Assembly: GCA_965202585.1 (NCBI GenBank)
Contig: CBDBBG010000230.1
Coordinates: 1 to 64,000 of the forward strand
Direction of reading: 5' to 3'
Length of the DNA: 64,000 bases
Source: Thalia democratica
Taxonomy: Eukaryota
A program made the translations under genes and the position numbers. The notes beneath the pieces are model-generated. The model was not told the origin of the DNA. It did not search any database and saw only the letters and a program-made list of their open reading frames with translations. This document shows positions 1 to 11,664 of the stretch, in pieces. Each line of letters starts with the position of its first letter. The first letter of the stretch is position 1.

Positions 1-24
1 AGCTTTAGTATTTCTAAGGTAAAA

Positions 25-3000
25 TAAATCATTGAGTAAAACATACTTTTCAATCCAAAAACCACTTTTAAACTGAGATTAATCAAAGTAGAATTAAATT
101 ATGAAATAATAAATTTAAAGTATAGTAACAAATCAGACTTATAGATAAACATTAGTATATCAATAATAATAATAACGACTACATATTATAAATTCATAAG
201 AAACCATACTAACATTTTTATACACAAACTTAATAACATTACATAAATAACGACTACAGTGAACAACTCAAATATTTTGTGGCTTAGACACTGGTTGCAA
301 AAAACTAGCAAAAACTATGAGTAGTACGGGCTTAATCTCTTTTATACAACGTTAGAGTGAAATTAGTCTGTCATATCTTATAACTCAACTTAGATCTTTA
401 ACTTAGCTGATTAAAATTTAAATATAAGTTCATTTTGTGCATGGTTATTGTAATAAATTAATATTGTAATGTATCATAAATGTTAGCACAACTATGTTTG
501 TGTGGTTCTATAGTAAGTGCAAGCTATACAACAAATTAGCTAGTACTTCAGTCGGAAAGCAAGTTTAATCTACTGACTTTATTGTAATACTTAAGTAAGT
601 ATTTTGACCAATAGGATGTAGCTAAAATTTAAGGCTTTTACCTACTTTAAACGGGTTATTAAAAAAATTAAACAAGAAAATTCATAAAATACTTTTAAAT
701 TCCACACTTGTGAAGAAATAAAAAGTTTGTAAAAGAATCGCCACGTAGCTTATTTAGAAAACAAAATTGAATGATCTAATGTTAAACTTAGCCAAAGAAT
801 TAAAAATGAAATGCATAAACATAAAATCCAAACTAAGAATTTAAAGTAATACTTCGCAAAGATAAATAACATAGAAGGCAACTACGACAGACTAAAAGAC
901 AAAAAAATTAAAGGATTAAATCTAGTTTTGAAACACGTTATGTGAAATCAATTGAAACAATGAAATCAACTGAAAAATACTGTTACATCTGTAATCATCT
1001 GGTTGAATAAAATTAAATATAAGCACAGATTAATAAATATATAACTTATGTTCTTGCATATTGTGTCAATTTGAAAAAATAAACTTGCTTAAAGTAGTCC
1101 AAACAATTAAGAAAAAGATTGAGTAATAGTTTTGAGAATAGATAAGTAGGCTGAACAGAGAAAAACATGAGTAATAGTTTTGACACATAGAATTTTTTGA
1201 GGTGTATTCGAATAGTTTAGGGTTGCTTACACTAAATGAAGCAAAAAATGACTGAGTTAGTTTCGTAAACCAGTGAAACAACAGTATTAAATAAAACGTA
1301 AAGTTAGAAGCCCATTAAAATTTGAATTGTTTTTACTTATTTTATAGCAGATTGAAAACTGAGAATACAATTACTCTAATGAAGCCAATTTTCAAGCCTT
1401 GTGGTCTGAAAAACTAGTAGAGAATATTCGATAATCTAAGACAAAAAAAGATATTTATGAAAATCTATTCAGCCTTTTCTTAATTTTGGGTTAGAAGATA
1501 ATTAAATACGAAACTACAAAATAGAAATGTAATAACGTTTTAGACTTATAAATAAATGCTTTAAAAGAGAAACCGTAGAAAATGTTATTTAAACTAACTT
1601 TTAATTGACTACTAACTTAAAAGACGAAGTTGGATCTAATCTTAATCTTGTTGAGAATAAGGTATGTTTAATCACGGATAAGACGTAGTTTACAAGAATA
1701 CCAGAAGTTTTGTTAAATTCTAAACAAATATATAATAACAGTATTAATTGAAATGAATGCTACAGCGTAAATAGTGACAAAGTTGGAGAAAATTTACGAA
1801 CCAGTGTTGCCATAACCGAATACTTTTTAAACGGTACAATAAAGGAATGTATAATTAGTTTTTATTTTTTACTTTTTAAACGTTTGTTTATTAAAAACTG
1901 AAATCTCATGTTCGTGCAATTAATTGGTAAATTAAGCATTTTGTTTAAACACGTATGTTGCAAGTGTATTTTCAAAATTCGAGAACCAATGAACGTTTGG
2001 CTAAATTAAATATTATACTGGTCACAAACAGAAAAAATACCAATAGTCGGAAAAGCAAAGAAAAATAACAGATAAATTTAGCTAACTTTCATAATTGTGA
2101 AGATAAATACAGAATTTATGAAATTCTTTAATTTAACAGTTTTGATTTCATATAACTCAAGTTTCAAAATCTCAAAGAACTTTATTTTCTTGTTATTGAA
2201 AAAATAGTTTATTTTGACTGTAAAAAATAATTTTATTGACCTGTAAACAAAATAAAAAAAACATAAGGCAGAACTACATGATGCCGCATTACAGTTTAGA
2301 GAAAACTGTTACTCTTCTTTTCTAAATAGACAAAATAATTTCATTTTTTAATAAACATAAACAGTGTTGCAGTTAAACAACAAGAACAAAGATTAAATAA
2401 TAAATACATACAAACAAAAGAATAATAATTAAAACAAACATACTAAGGACAAAGAGATTTATTTTCAAACTCATTGACAGCAAGTTTACGTTGTCAAATA
2501 AAAGTACCACTAAGATAATGTATGGTATACACAACCTTATATAGAAAAATAAGAACTTACGCTTAAATAACGAGATTTCTTTCTAGATAACTTTCTAAGA
2601 CATTAAAAATAGTTAGTTACTAAACTGGCATAACGGTAAAAAATTGAAAAACAAAAGTATAAAGCTGGTAATCGTTTGATCAATTTGCTACTATTTGGTT
2701 TACTTAACAATAAAAACGAACTCTGCGTAAAATTAATTGGATACAGACCGGGAAAACAGATTATAGAGGAAAGATAGTAGGGATGTATTACTGAAAAGAA
2801 ACAGCTTATCCGTTTAAGTTTAATAAACACAGTTTTTTTTTGGAAACTTTGAAAATAATCTAATAAACCACCGCAACAAGATGATAATCAATGATAAAAT
2901 ACTAATAGTTAGTCAGAAAAACAAAAAAAAGGTTCCCTAATTGATCACTAATAACGAATTAAGTGATAAACTTGGTAATTTAGACTAAACTGGTGATTCA

Positions 3001-6000
3001 TTTCAAGATCAAAAGTATTTAATCATAACTAAATAACAAAATTTAATGATTGTGAGTTCATTATTGTATATAGTATCTATCATGCACATATAATTAGTGT
3101 TAATAATGTCGTTACATGAGTTGCTCTACTTTGTCCATACAGTATAAGGAACTTTAAACTAAGATTAAATTTAAACAAAATACCATCTAAAGCTTGTCAT
3201 GAATCATGCATAGATAGTTAGTGATAGTACTGTCTGCATTAAACAAAATATAAGTTTTGTTTCTAATAAAGCACAACTATCTTATACTTGTAATGTACTT
3301 ATTACTATAGTTAAAAAAATAGTAAGATAACACTTTATGAGACTACTGAATTATGACGTAATAATCGGGAATATTTTTTTTTTTAATCTTAACAAATTGA
3401 CAAAATTATATGAAAAGATATGGACAAAAACAGTATTTTATTAGTGGTTAATTTAGAAGATGGCCAAACATTATTTATACAAATTAAGACGTAAATATTT
3501 ACTTATGTAAATGGAAAACTTTTGCTTAGTTTCTCTATAAGTGATATACATACAGTATTGTAAAGATACTACTTACAAAAGTGTATGGATTTGTACTGTT
3601 AAGAATGCGATGTATTATTAATAATAACATCATTTTCTTTCTCTTTTAAAACTAATGACGCTTAAAACTCAGTAAGTAATCTACTAACGCTCAGGAGTAA
3701 TTTGTACTGGCTTTACCTGTTACCTTAAATACAACGTGAGGGTGAAAGTAGCTATTATAATGAATAATTTAACTTTAAATTAAGTGAAAATAAAGTGTAG
3801 TTATGACTAAGGAGTACGAGCACATTTACTCGTACATCCAAGTCATAGTCTGTTATATTTTAACTTCCAGTGAAAATTAAGTTTAGTTGCACTAAGGAAG
3901 TTTGAGCACATTTACTCGTACTTCCAAGTCATAACTAATTTGGTTAATAGCAAACGAATAATAATAATTGACTAAAACACTTGATCGTTACTACAGTAAG
4001 TTTAAAAGCATCTCAAACTTAACATAATTATCAAATTACAGATTTTTTGCGTAGAGACATACTTGGTATTAAGCATCATACAAATAACGAAGCTCATAAC
4101 TAAAAGTAGTTGATGAGGAGTAATTTAGATTGTTATTAAAAATCGTAAATACTAAAAACGAGATAAAATCACTCACAATTACATTTACTACAAAGCATAA
4201 AACTTAAAACCTAAACTAAAAGATTATTAACAATATATCTATATAAGTTGGTTAAAAACCATAACAAAAACACACCTTAAACTTAGCATATAAACCAAAC
4301 AAATAAGAAGTAAAAGATTAAAACTTTAGGGGACATACATAAAGCCAATAGGCATACCTTACTTTAACAGTTTTTAGAAACTCTATAATTTCTACACAGA
4401 TAAAATGAATTGTCTTTAATTGTTTTAAAGTATGAAAATGCCAAACAAGCATACTTATAATTCATTTTCATAAATTTAGAATATTAAATCAAACAGACGC
4501 TCATTAAAAGCATTCAATACAAAGAAGACTTATTTGAACCGTGAAACTAGACTGAAAAACTGACAAAGCTTTAAATAAGTATTGTTTATGACATAAGGTT
4601 AAAAATTATAAATACCAGCACAACAATATGATAACTAATAATAAAACACTAATAACTGACTGTAGTTCGAAGATTATAAGTAGGGAATAAAAACAAACTT
4701 TACTAAATAAGAATACTTATTGATAATGATAATAATTAACAAAAAAAATTTTTAATCTTATGAAAAACAGTATATATTTTAAAGAGTGGCCAAACTTTAT
4801 GAGTACGAATAACTATGAAGAAGAATAATTTAACTATGTGGAAAATTTTAGCTCAGTTTCTATTTAAAGACAATTTAAATTTCAAACTATGTATTTAGTT
4901 TGATTTTAACTACAGCGGAAAAGTTTAGTATCTTGTGGCTTAAATACTACTTACTAAGAAAACATATTGAGTTGGTAAGAATGCGGTATATACTATTTAA
5001 GTTTTAAAACAATAGGAAGCTGGACCCTGTAACATAAAAATAAGTAGAGATAGTCAAAATTTAATTAACCAAGAAAGCTTTTAAATTGATTTGAAAATCC
5101 ACACGTGTGAAGAAAGAAAATTTTTGTAAAAACAACGTAAATAATCGCCACGGAGCTTGTTCAAAAAACTTAGTTGAGTAACATAAAAATCAAATGTTTA
5201 ATTCAGTTGAAAAAGTAAAAGCATAAATGTTATAAATATATATTAAAATGAGATTTTAAAGCAATTTGTTTTTATTTTAGTATTTTGCAGCATAAACAAC
5301 CTTTTAAACAAGGCAACTAAACAGATTAAAGCTGAAGAATAAAACAAAACCTTATAAATAAAAGCATTAAGCTTATCGTGTTAAAGGACGTATACTTTAG
5401 AAAGAAGAATAAACACAGATGCTGAAAATTCAAATACTTAATTACTGTACGATTAACAACAAGCTATAATGTTAAGTTTGAAAATAACAAAGTGCTAAAG
5501 CTTGGTACAATTGATCGTAATCAGCAATGAGCAGAATATTAAACAGTTAATTACATGAAAAAGTTAGTTTTACAATACATCTTACTTTGTTGTGTATATA
5601 AATATTATGCGTGGATATCTCTATCAGTCTTAGTATAATACTATTAATAAGTTTCAAGTACAATATAATTTTTTTAATTAAAACTGAATGAGAGCGCTAA
5701 AAACTGAGAATACAATCAATCAAAATCGTTATTTTAACTTTTAAAAATAGCTTTTAACATTAGAATATGATCAAACTTGACTAATTCAAGAGATACTATA
5801 CAAAAGGTTTTTTAAACAAACTGTTAAACATGTTAACCGTCTAAATAAAATAAATCTTAAATGAAGAAAACTGTGTGATATACAAACAAAATAGTAAAAA
5901 CACAATACTAGCCATAAAATATAAGACATATGCGATTTCACTTCAAGTTTAAACTTTATAAATCATGCTACCGGTCGATTGAAGGCTATAACATATTTTC

Positions 6001-7250
6001 AAAATTTACTTCATTTGAAAGAAAACTATATTTTTAAATAGATCAATTGTTTAAGAATAGATATGTTTTGATATTGAATGATGGTCAAAATTGACTGAAA
6101 TTACAGTACATGGGAGATAATTCTAGAGACTTTCATTAGTATGCTTAATTTAATAACAATGTAAGCTAATTTTTTTTTTACTTTAAGGACAAAACTTTTG
6201 GGTAATGTCCACTTCTAAACCAATACTTGTCTAATGAAAATGACTTTAAGTAAAACTTTACAAGCAAATAAAAAGAAATGTAGTTAAACTAGTAGTGAGT
6301 ATATTTTAAGCTTTACCTTTTACGCACTAATTTTAAATTTAGAATAGTCGTAGAATCGAGAATACCAGTCAAGTTTACTGTAAAATTTTAACTTAGCTGA
6401 TTATACTTTAAATATAAGTTCACTTTAGGCATGTTTACTGTAATAAATATTGTAATGTATCATAAATGTTAGCACAATAGCTCTAGAGTAAGATCAAGCT
6501 ATAAAACAAATTAGTTAGTACTTCAGTCAGAAAGCATGTTTAATCCTAAAACTAACTTTGGTTTAATTACTCTTCCATTATTAAAAATTGCTTTAAATAT
6601 AACTTGCATATATTAGCAAAAACCTAATAAATTCGTAAAAATGAAAATACCGGATTATGACGCAACAATATGGTAAATATAAAATATATAAAATTCAAGG
6701 ATTTAATGTGGAAAAAGGCAGATATATAATAGCTAGTGTAATTAAAGCAAATTATTAGTACTTTGGACAATTTAACTTTATGTGGAAAATTTAAGAAGAA
6801 AATGTTTATGTATAAGTAGCATAAATTAAAAACAAGTCGCTCATGGGCAGTTTATATCTGTTATCTTTCAAACAACGTTAGAGTGAAATTAGTCTTTTAT
6901 AACTTAACTTTGAGTTAATAAAAGAGTTAAGTTATGTCTTAGAAGTACTAGCACACTTAATAAATAAATTCCAATAAAGCACAATTATCTTATACTTTTA
7001 ATGTACTTATTACTATAGATTAAAGAAAAATGGTAAGATAACACTTTATGAGACTACTGGATTATGACGTAATAATAGGAAATAGAAAAATAATTAAAAA
7101 TCTTAACAAATTGACAAAATTAAATGAAAAGATATGGACAGAAACAGTATTTTGTTAGTGCTTAATTTAGAAGATGGCCAAACTTTATTTATACAAATTA
7201 AGACGTAAATATTTACTTATGTAAATGGAAAACTAAAAAATAAAGTTTAT
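25..7250 (+). mobile_element. Decayed virus-like or large DNA-element coding island (older, rearranged relative of 27.0-36.5 kb); family unassigned
   Basis: A-rich plus strand with long reading frames broken by stops and frameshifts. Blocks align by eye with the island at 27-36.5 kb (25-200 with ~32,750-32,900; 400-660 with ~35,800-36,035; 4,760-6,890 with ~34,150-36,450). No PolB, integrase, capsid or Rep/helicase motif was recognised. Confidence 0.45.
3800..3935 (+). repeat. Two tandem copies (period 86 nt) of a ~50-nt stem-loop; AATAAA precedes the first, a variant (AATTAA) the second
   Basis: 3800-3849 reads gttatgact-aagga-gtacgag-cacattta-ctcgtac-atcc-aagtcatag; 3886-3935 is a variant ending aagtcataac. 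The same motif recurs at 6931-6956 (partial), 7251-7299 and 36484-36532. Confidence 0.8.
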
Positions 7251-7299
7251 TTATGACTTAGAAGTACTAGCACATTTACTCGTACATCCAAGTCATAAC
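7251..7299 (+). repeat. AATAAA-preceded ~50-nt stem-loop motif
   Basis: aataaagtttat-ttatgactt-agaagtactagcacatttactcgtacatcc-aagtcataac; homologous to 3800-3849. Confidence 0.8.
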
Positions 7300-7337
7300 T
7301 AAAAAAGGTGCCGACCAGCAGAGTAACTGGGCCTAAA

Positions 7338-7441
7338 GGACAAGAATTAAAAAAAAACTAAGGGCAGGCCGGGAGATGACAGGTGCGAAGCACCGTGTCA
7401 TCGACCGGCCGTAGCCCTTTGTTTTTTTTTAATTCTTGTCC
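7338..7441. other. 104-nt hairpin: perfect 21-bp basal stem, GC-rich bulged upper stem, GCGAAGC apex
   Basis: ggacaagaattaaaaaaaaac (7338-7358) is the exact reverse complement of 7421-7441. Inner pairings are agggc/gccct, ggccg/cggcc, gatgaca/tgtcatc and ggtgc/gcacc around a GAA loop (7387-7389). Confidence 0.95.
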
Positions 7442-7711
7442 GCTACCTAAAACTTACTTTTCAAACTCATCAATGTAAAACCACTCAGTTATTAATTGAA
7501 AAACTAAAACTGATATTACCGTCAGGCCTTTAATGGTTTCACATCAATGAATTAGATCACATAAGCTCAAGGTTAGTAAAAGATAACAGATAAAGACCGT
7601 ACAAATATAACGCAAAAACGTATATTTGATTGGCAGTTACGCTACTCACGGTCCATTTGACAGAAAAAGGTGGCCTTCAAGAAAAAGAGAAAAGGAAAAA
7701 TGTAAAAAATT

Positions 7712-7964
7712 TTTCGCCGGCGGAGCCGGCGAAATGCCTTAAAAAAATTATTTTAAATTATCCTCTCCGAAAATTTCGCACTCATTTTCGGTTTTGGGGA
7801 TTCCCCATTTTTGAAAAAATGGGTGACGGGTCTCTTAAATTTAGTGCGTACCTTAAGCGGGTGCGTAGTCCTTAAAGAAAAATTTTAATTATGACAGAGA
7901 AAATGTTATTAAAAAACTAGTGCGTACCTTATGCGAGTGCGTAATTCTTAGAATGCGTACCTTA
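7712..7964. repeat. Cluster of short hairpins plus five TGCGTA-core direct repeats (subterminal or origin-like module)
   Basis: tttcgccggc-GGA-gccggcgaaa (7712-7734), ggggattcccc (7796-7806), cccatttttgaaaaaatggg (7804-7823); TGCGTA at 7845, 7862, 7921, 7938 and 7954, three of them as TGCGTACCTTA. Confidence 0.8.
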
Positions 7965-8099
7965 TAGATGCATTTATTTTGTGAAAATTAAATTTTTAAG
8001 TTAGGGTTAAAACCCAAAAATAGATTAATACAGTTTCAGATACTACATCATCCTGTTAATCACCTAATATTTTACATATACATGGAAAACAGTTCATCA

Positions 8100-10700
8100 A
8101 TCTCATAGATAGGTGTACTTTTTAATGACAGAAAATAAATCAAATATAAAAAGAAAGAAACTACAGATCTTTTAAATGTGTACATTGACAATCTATTTAT
8201 ATGATTGAACTGTATTCTATGTATATTATATTATTATTCTATGTATATTCAAACAATAGTCAGTTAACTTGCTTATGTAAATTGATTTTACTTAGATAAC
8301 CTTTTTAAAACAGTATAAAACTTAAATTAATCAAAAATAAAAAAACAGTTGAGATTCATCTAAACAGTTAAAATTACTTTGATTCAAGTAGTAACAATGT
8401 TTTTGTCAAATAAAACTTTAAAGTTGTAAAAAATTGTTTATATTTTTGTTTAACTTCAATTTTATACTGTTCTTACTACAGGATATCATTTTACTTGTCA
8501 TTTAAATTGCATAAGCTAAAGTTTATGCATGATAGTTTATTTGGTCTCATTGTAAAGTAATTATTTAGCAATCTAATAAATACAAGGGTTTCTCACGCAC
8601 TGTTACTACTACTTATTAACTACTTCATATATTCACTTATAGACTTAAACTCTGAATGCTTACTTAATTGCTCTGTTTAATCACTGATTTTAGACAACTT
8701 ATTGTGTGTTTCTTAAAGTGTGCATACAAATTAAAGGTGTTTGATGTTTTGAACTTGTCATTTCAATACATTTTTACAAACTAAAACAGTTAAACCATAC
8801 TACTTTGTGTCAATAACATATTTTTGGTAGTCATTTCAAAGTTTCTTAAATATTTGCATCTTAAACACTCTGCATTTAACATCATTGAAAGTTTTCATAA
8901 ACTAACTTTTATACTATTCCAAAAATTTAGTCTTTACTTTTGACATATACATAGAAAACAGTACAGCAAGTTGTTGATAAAAGCTTATTAGTGCATTCAT
9001 ATGAACAAAAGAAATTATAGATAGATAAAAGAAGAAAAAAAAGTTAGTAAAAGAAGAATATAAAAAATTAAACAAAGGTAAAAATAATACCACATATGCA
9101 CTAACAACCTTTAATTCTTGCTTGCTGTGAACTGCTTTGTAAATATATGAATGTAAACTTAAAATTTTGGAACATATTGTTTACTGGCAAACCTAATTCT
9201 GATATGGTTTAACTGTTTTCTTTTGTGAAAAAATTGATAAAACAGCTTACTTTTGAAACTAATAACAATTTCCGTTTATAATTACTCTTGCAACTTATCT
9301 TTAATGCACACTTTAAGAAGTACTTCTTATTACAAATCATTAATCTATCAATATATAAATTACATTAGCACTATAAAAATTAATCAATTTAAATTCTATG
9401 TTGTAAATAAACTTCTACAATTAGCTTGGGTTGCTGTCTCTTTGGGCTTCATTCATGAATACAATACTTCTTTATACAAGCTTATAAAATTTAACACAAA
9501 TGTTGCTACTTTTTAATTAAGTTTTCTTTTAAGGTAGCCTATTAATCTTAGGAGAATGAAGCCCAACAAGACAATTATATGTTTATGGTATAAATCCAGG
9601 TTACAACTCTATGAATAGAAAGTGCTAGTCTGAATTTGTGCAAAACTTAACTAGCATCTAAAGTTTAATCTTATTCAAGTATGAGCACTCAAAAAATTTA
9701 ATATTAGCAAAAGGACTCAACCATTAATAAGTAGAAAATGTAAAATTTGAGGACAAATTATAAAGATTTATTATAAATATCTAAAAATCTGAATATTTAT
9801 CTAACCTGACCGGTAACCCTGGCAAAAGTACCAAGTTTTGCACAAATTAAAACAATCCAATCAACTATTAAACAAACTAACCTCAACAGCTGCTGTAGTA
9901 GGTACTCATCATCCCAAAAAAAAGTAACTCATTGCCTGAAATCAACATATAAGAAAAAGACATAGTTACAACTACAAAGGCTTTGAAAAAACCTCAGAAG
10001 TTTTAAAATTTTACAGAGGATCAAAAAAAAAATTCAATAATATTCTTTAGAGCTTTTTTTTACTCAGTTCACCTTACAATTATGTTTCAAGCATTTCAAA
10101 GACTGAGATGCAAGTTTTTAAAGCCTCTTGACGGTTTTTTTCTAGCATCATGTAAGTGGATTCAAGCCTGTTGACCTTGTCTGAGCATTTTATGTTGAAC
10201 ATGCTTGTAAGTATAACAAGCTTGCAACAATTTTTGTGAGTAAAGATACATGCATTCTATGATGAATTAGAAGATAAAATAAAAGACATTTTCAAAGGTT
10301 TTGCATGAGAAAAGCAATATTAATTATCAACATAAACTTTCAAGACTGTTGATTTCCATACTGGATCAAATGTTTTCTTAAACCTACTCACATAATAAAA
10401 TGTTTTAGAAGATAAAATGATCAACATATATCAAGAACTAGTTTTATCTTCAACAATATTGACAATCAAATGGAGTTTGCTCAAGTATTTTACAGAGCTC
10501 ACATAAACAGTATAAAAAAGAAAAAAAAAATTTAGAGTTACTTTACACCTACAGCATCTAGAGCACTTACTACTACAAGTGCTTTTCTCATAAGAATTTT
10601 CATTGAAAAAAATTACTTTGCAAAATACTATTTCGTTGTGATGTCACAATAAAATGTAAGATTTTACAGAATTCATTAAAAACTACAAATGGAAACACTA
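8100..10700 (-). pseudogene. Decayed intron-containing gene or transposon gene, product unknown
   Basis: A minus-strand AG..GT-bounded exon at 9882-9935 reads Q*VTFFWDDEYLLQQLL here and QWITFFWDAEYLLQQLL in the second copy. Other fragments are GYLKRKLN*KVATFVLNFISL (~9,538 downward) and RFKKTFDPVWKSTVLK (~10,390 downward). Boundaries are approximate. Confidence 0.4.
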
Positions 10701-11574
10701 TGTTAGCATAGCAGGGTGGTTTTTAGCTTTTCGAACATAAAATACTTTTTACTTTACATATTGTTAAAGCTCAAACAGTTTTTTCGTACAAACTTTATTG
10801 TTTAAATCTTATTTTCTTTTCTTTTTTTTTCTTTTTAAATAAGAATTGAAATTATTCTTCTTAATTTCTATCTTTTTTATTCCATAAGTGATAACTGGTT
10901 GAACATATTGTTTAATATTTAAGCTACAGTAATTCATTACGCTCCTAGAAATTACATTGACACCTTTATAAAAGTATATAGTTTAAGTATTTAACTCTCA
11001 ACTTTGCGAAATTGTATTTTATTTGTTTTAAAGATGTTTTTTACTTAATAATTTCTATAAGATTAACTATATATAGCTTAAAGCCTATATTTTCATCAGA
11101 TAATAGCATACATTTAATGTTTGTAAACTCATTTTACTTACTACTTAGTTTTTATCGTTTTACCATATTTGCCAAAACTACAAAGTTCTTCTTAGTCATT
11201 GATGTAACAACTTTTTGAAGCAGGTAGAAAAGAAAAAGCCATATTGTGCATAGTGAGCGAAAGATAAACAAAGACACCATAATAACAACTTTTATGAATG
11301 AGTCTAACAAATAAAGATTATTCAAAAAATTTTGAAAATTCAAAAAATTCAAAAAAAAAAACCTCAAATTTTGAATAAAATTCACTAAGAAACCCGGAAA
11401 TATAAAATATTTTTACATGTTAAAGTAATTAAATTTTATTAGATAAAAAAATCTATCATTTAGATATAACGTTTTTTGTCATTTTCAAAATTTTTTTTAA
11501 TAAAAAACCCATCTAAAGTAGTGATTTTACAGTATGGTTTCAATGACTTTATAATATTTTACACATTTTTTAAC

Positions 11575-11654
11575 TTAATTTTAAACTAAAAATAGACCCA
11601 AAAACGCGCACCAAAAACCTGAATAAAATTTCCCAAAAACAAGTAGCCACCCTG
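11575..11654. mobile_element. Right end of a hAT-like MITE immediately upstream of the arrestin ATG
   Basis: Ends in tagccaccctg (reverse complement CAGGGTGGCTA, a CAGGG-type terminal repeat) with repeated subterminal ccaaaaa motifs. No matching left end with a TSD was confirmed. Confidence 0.45.
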
Positions 11655-11664
11655 TATTAATTTC

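Noticed and set aside
3800-3935. CRISPR-like repeat-spacer array
   Set aside because: Only two adjacent degenerate units, whose intervening sequences are partly homologous, in a eukaryotic context with no cas genes.
7630-7875. 81-aa ORF similar to the ORF at 36,896-37,129
   Set aside because: It overlaps the hairpin module, starts at a non-ATG codon and has a different N-terminus in the two copies. The similarity is explained by DNA duplication.
8001-8015. Telomeric TTAGGG
   Set aside because: A single occurrence, not an array.
10712-11654. A complete 943-bp hAT element from cagggtgg (10,712) to ccaccctg (11,654)
   Set aside because: The terminal match is only 8 bp and the 8-bp flanks (tagcatag vs tattaatt) do not form a TSD.
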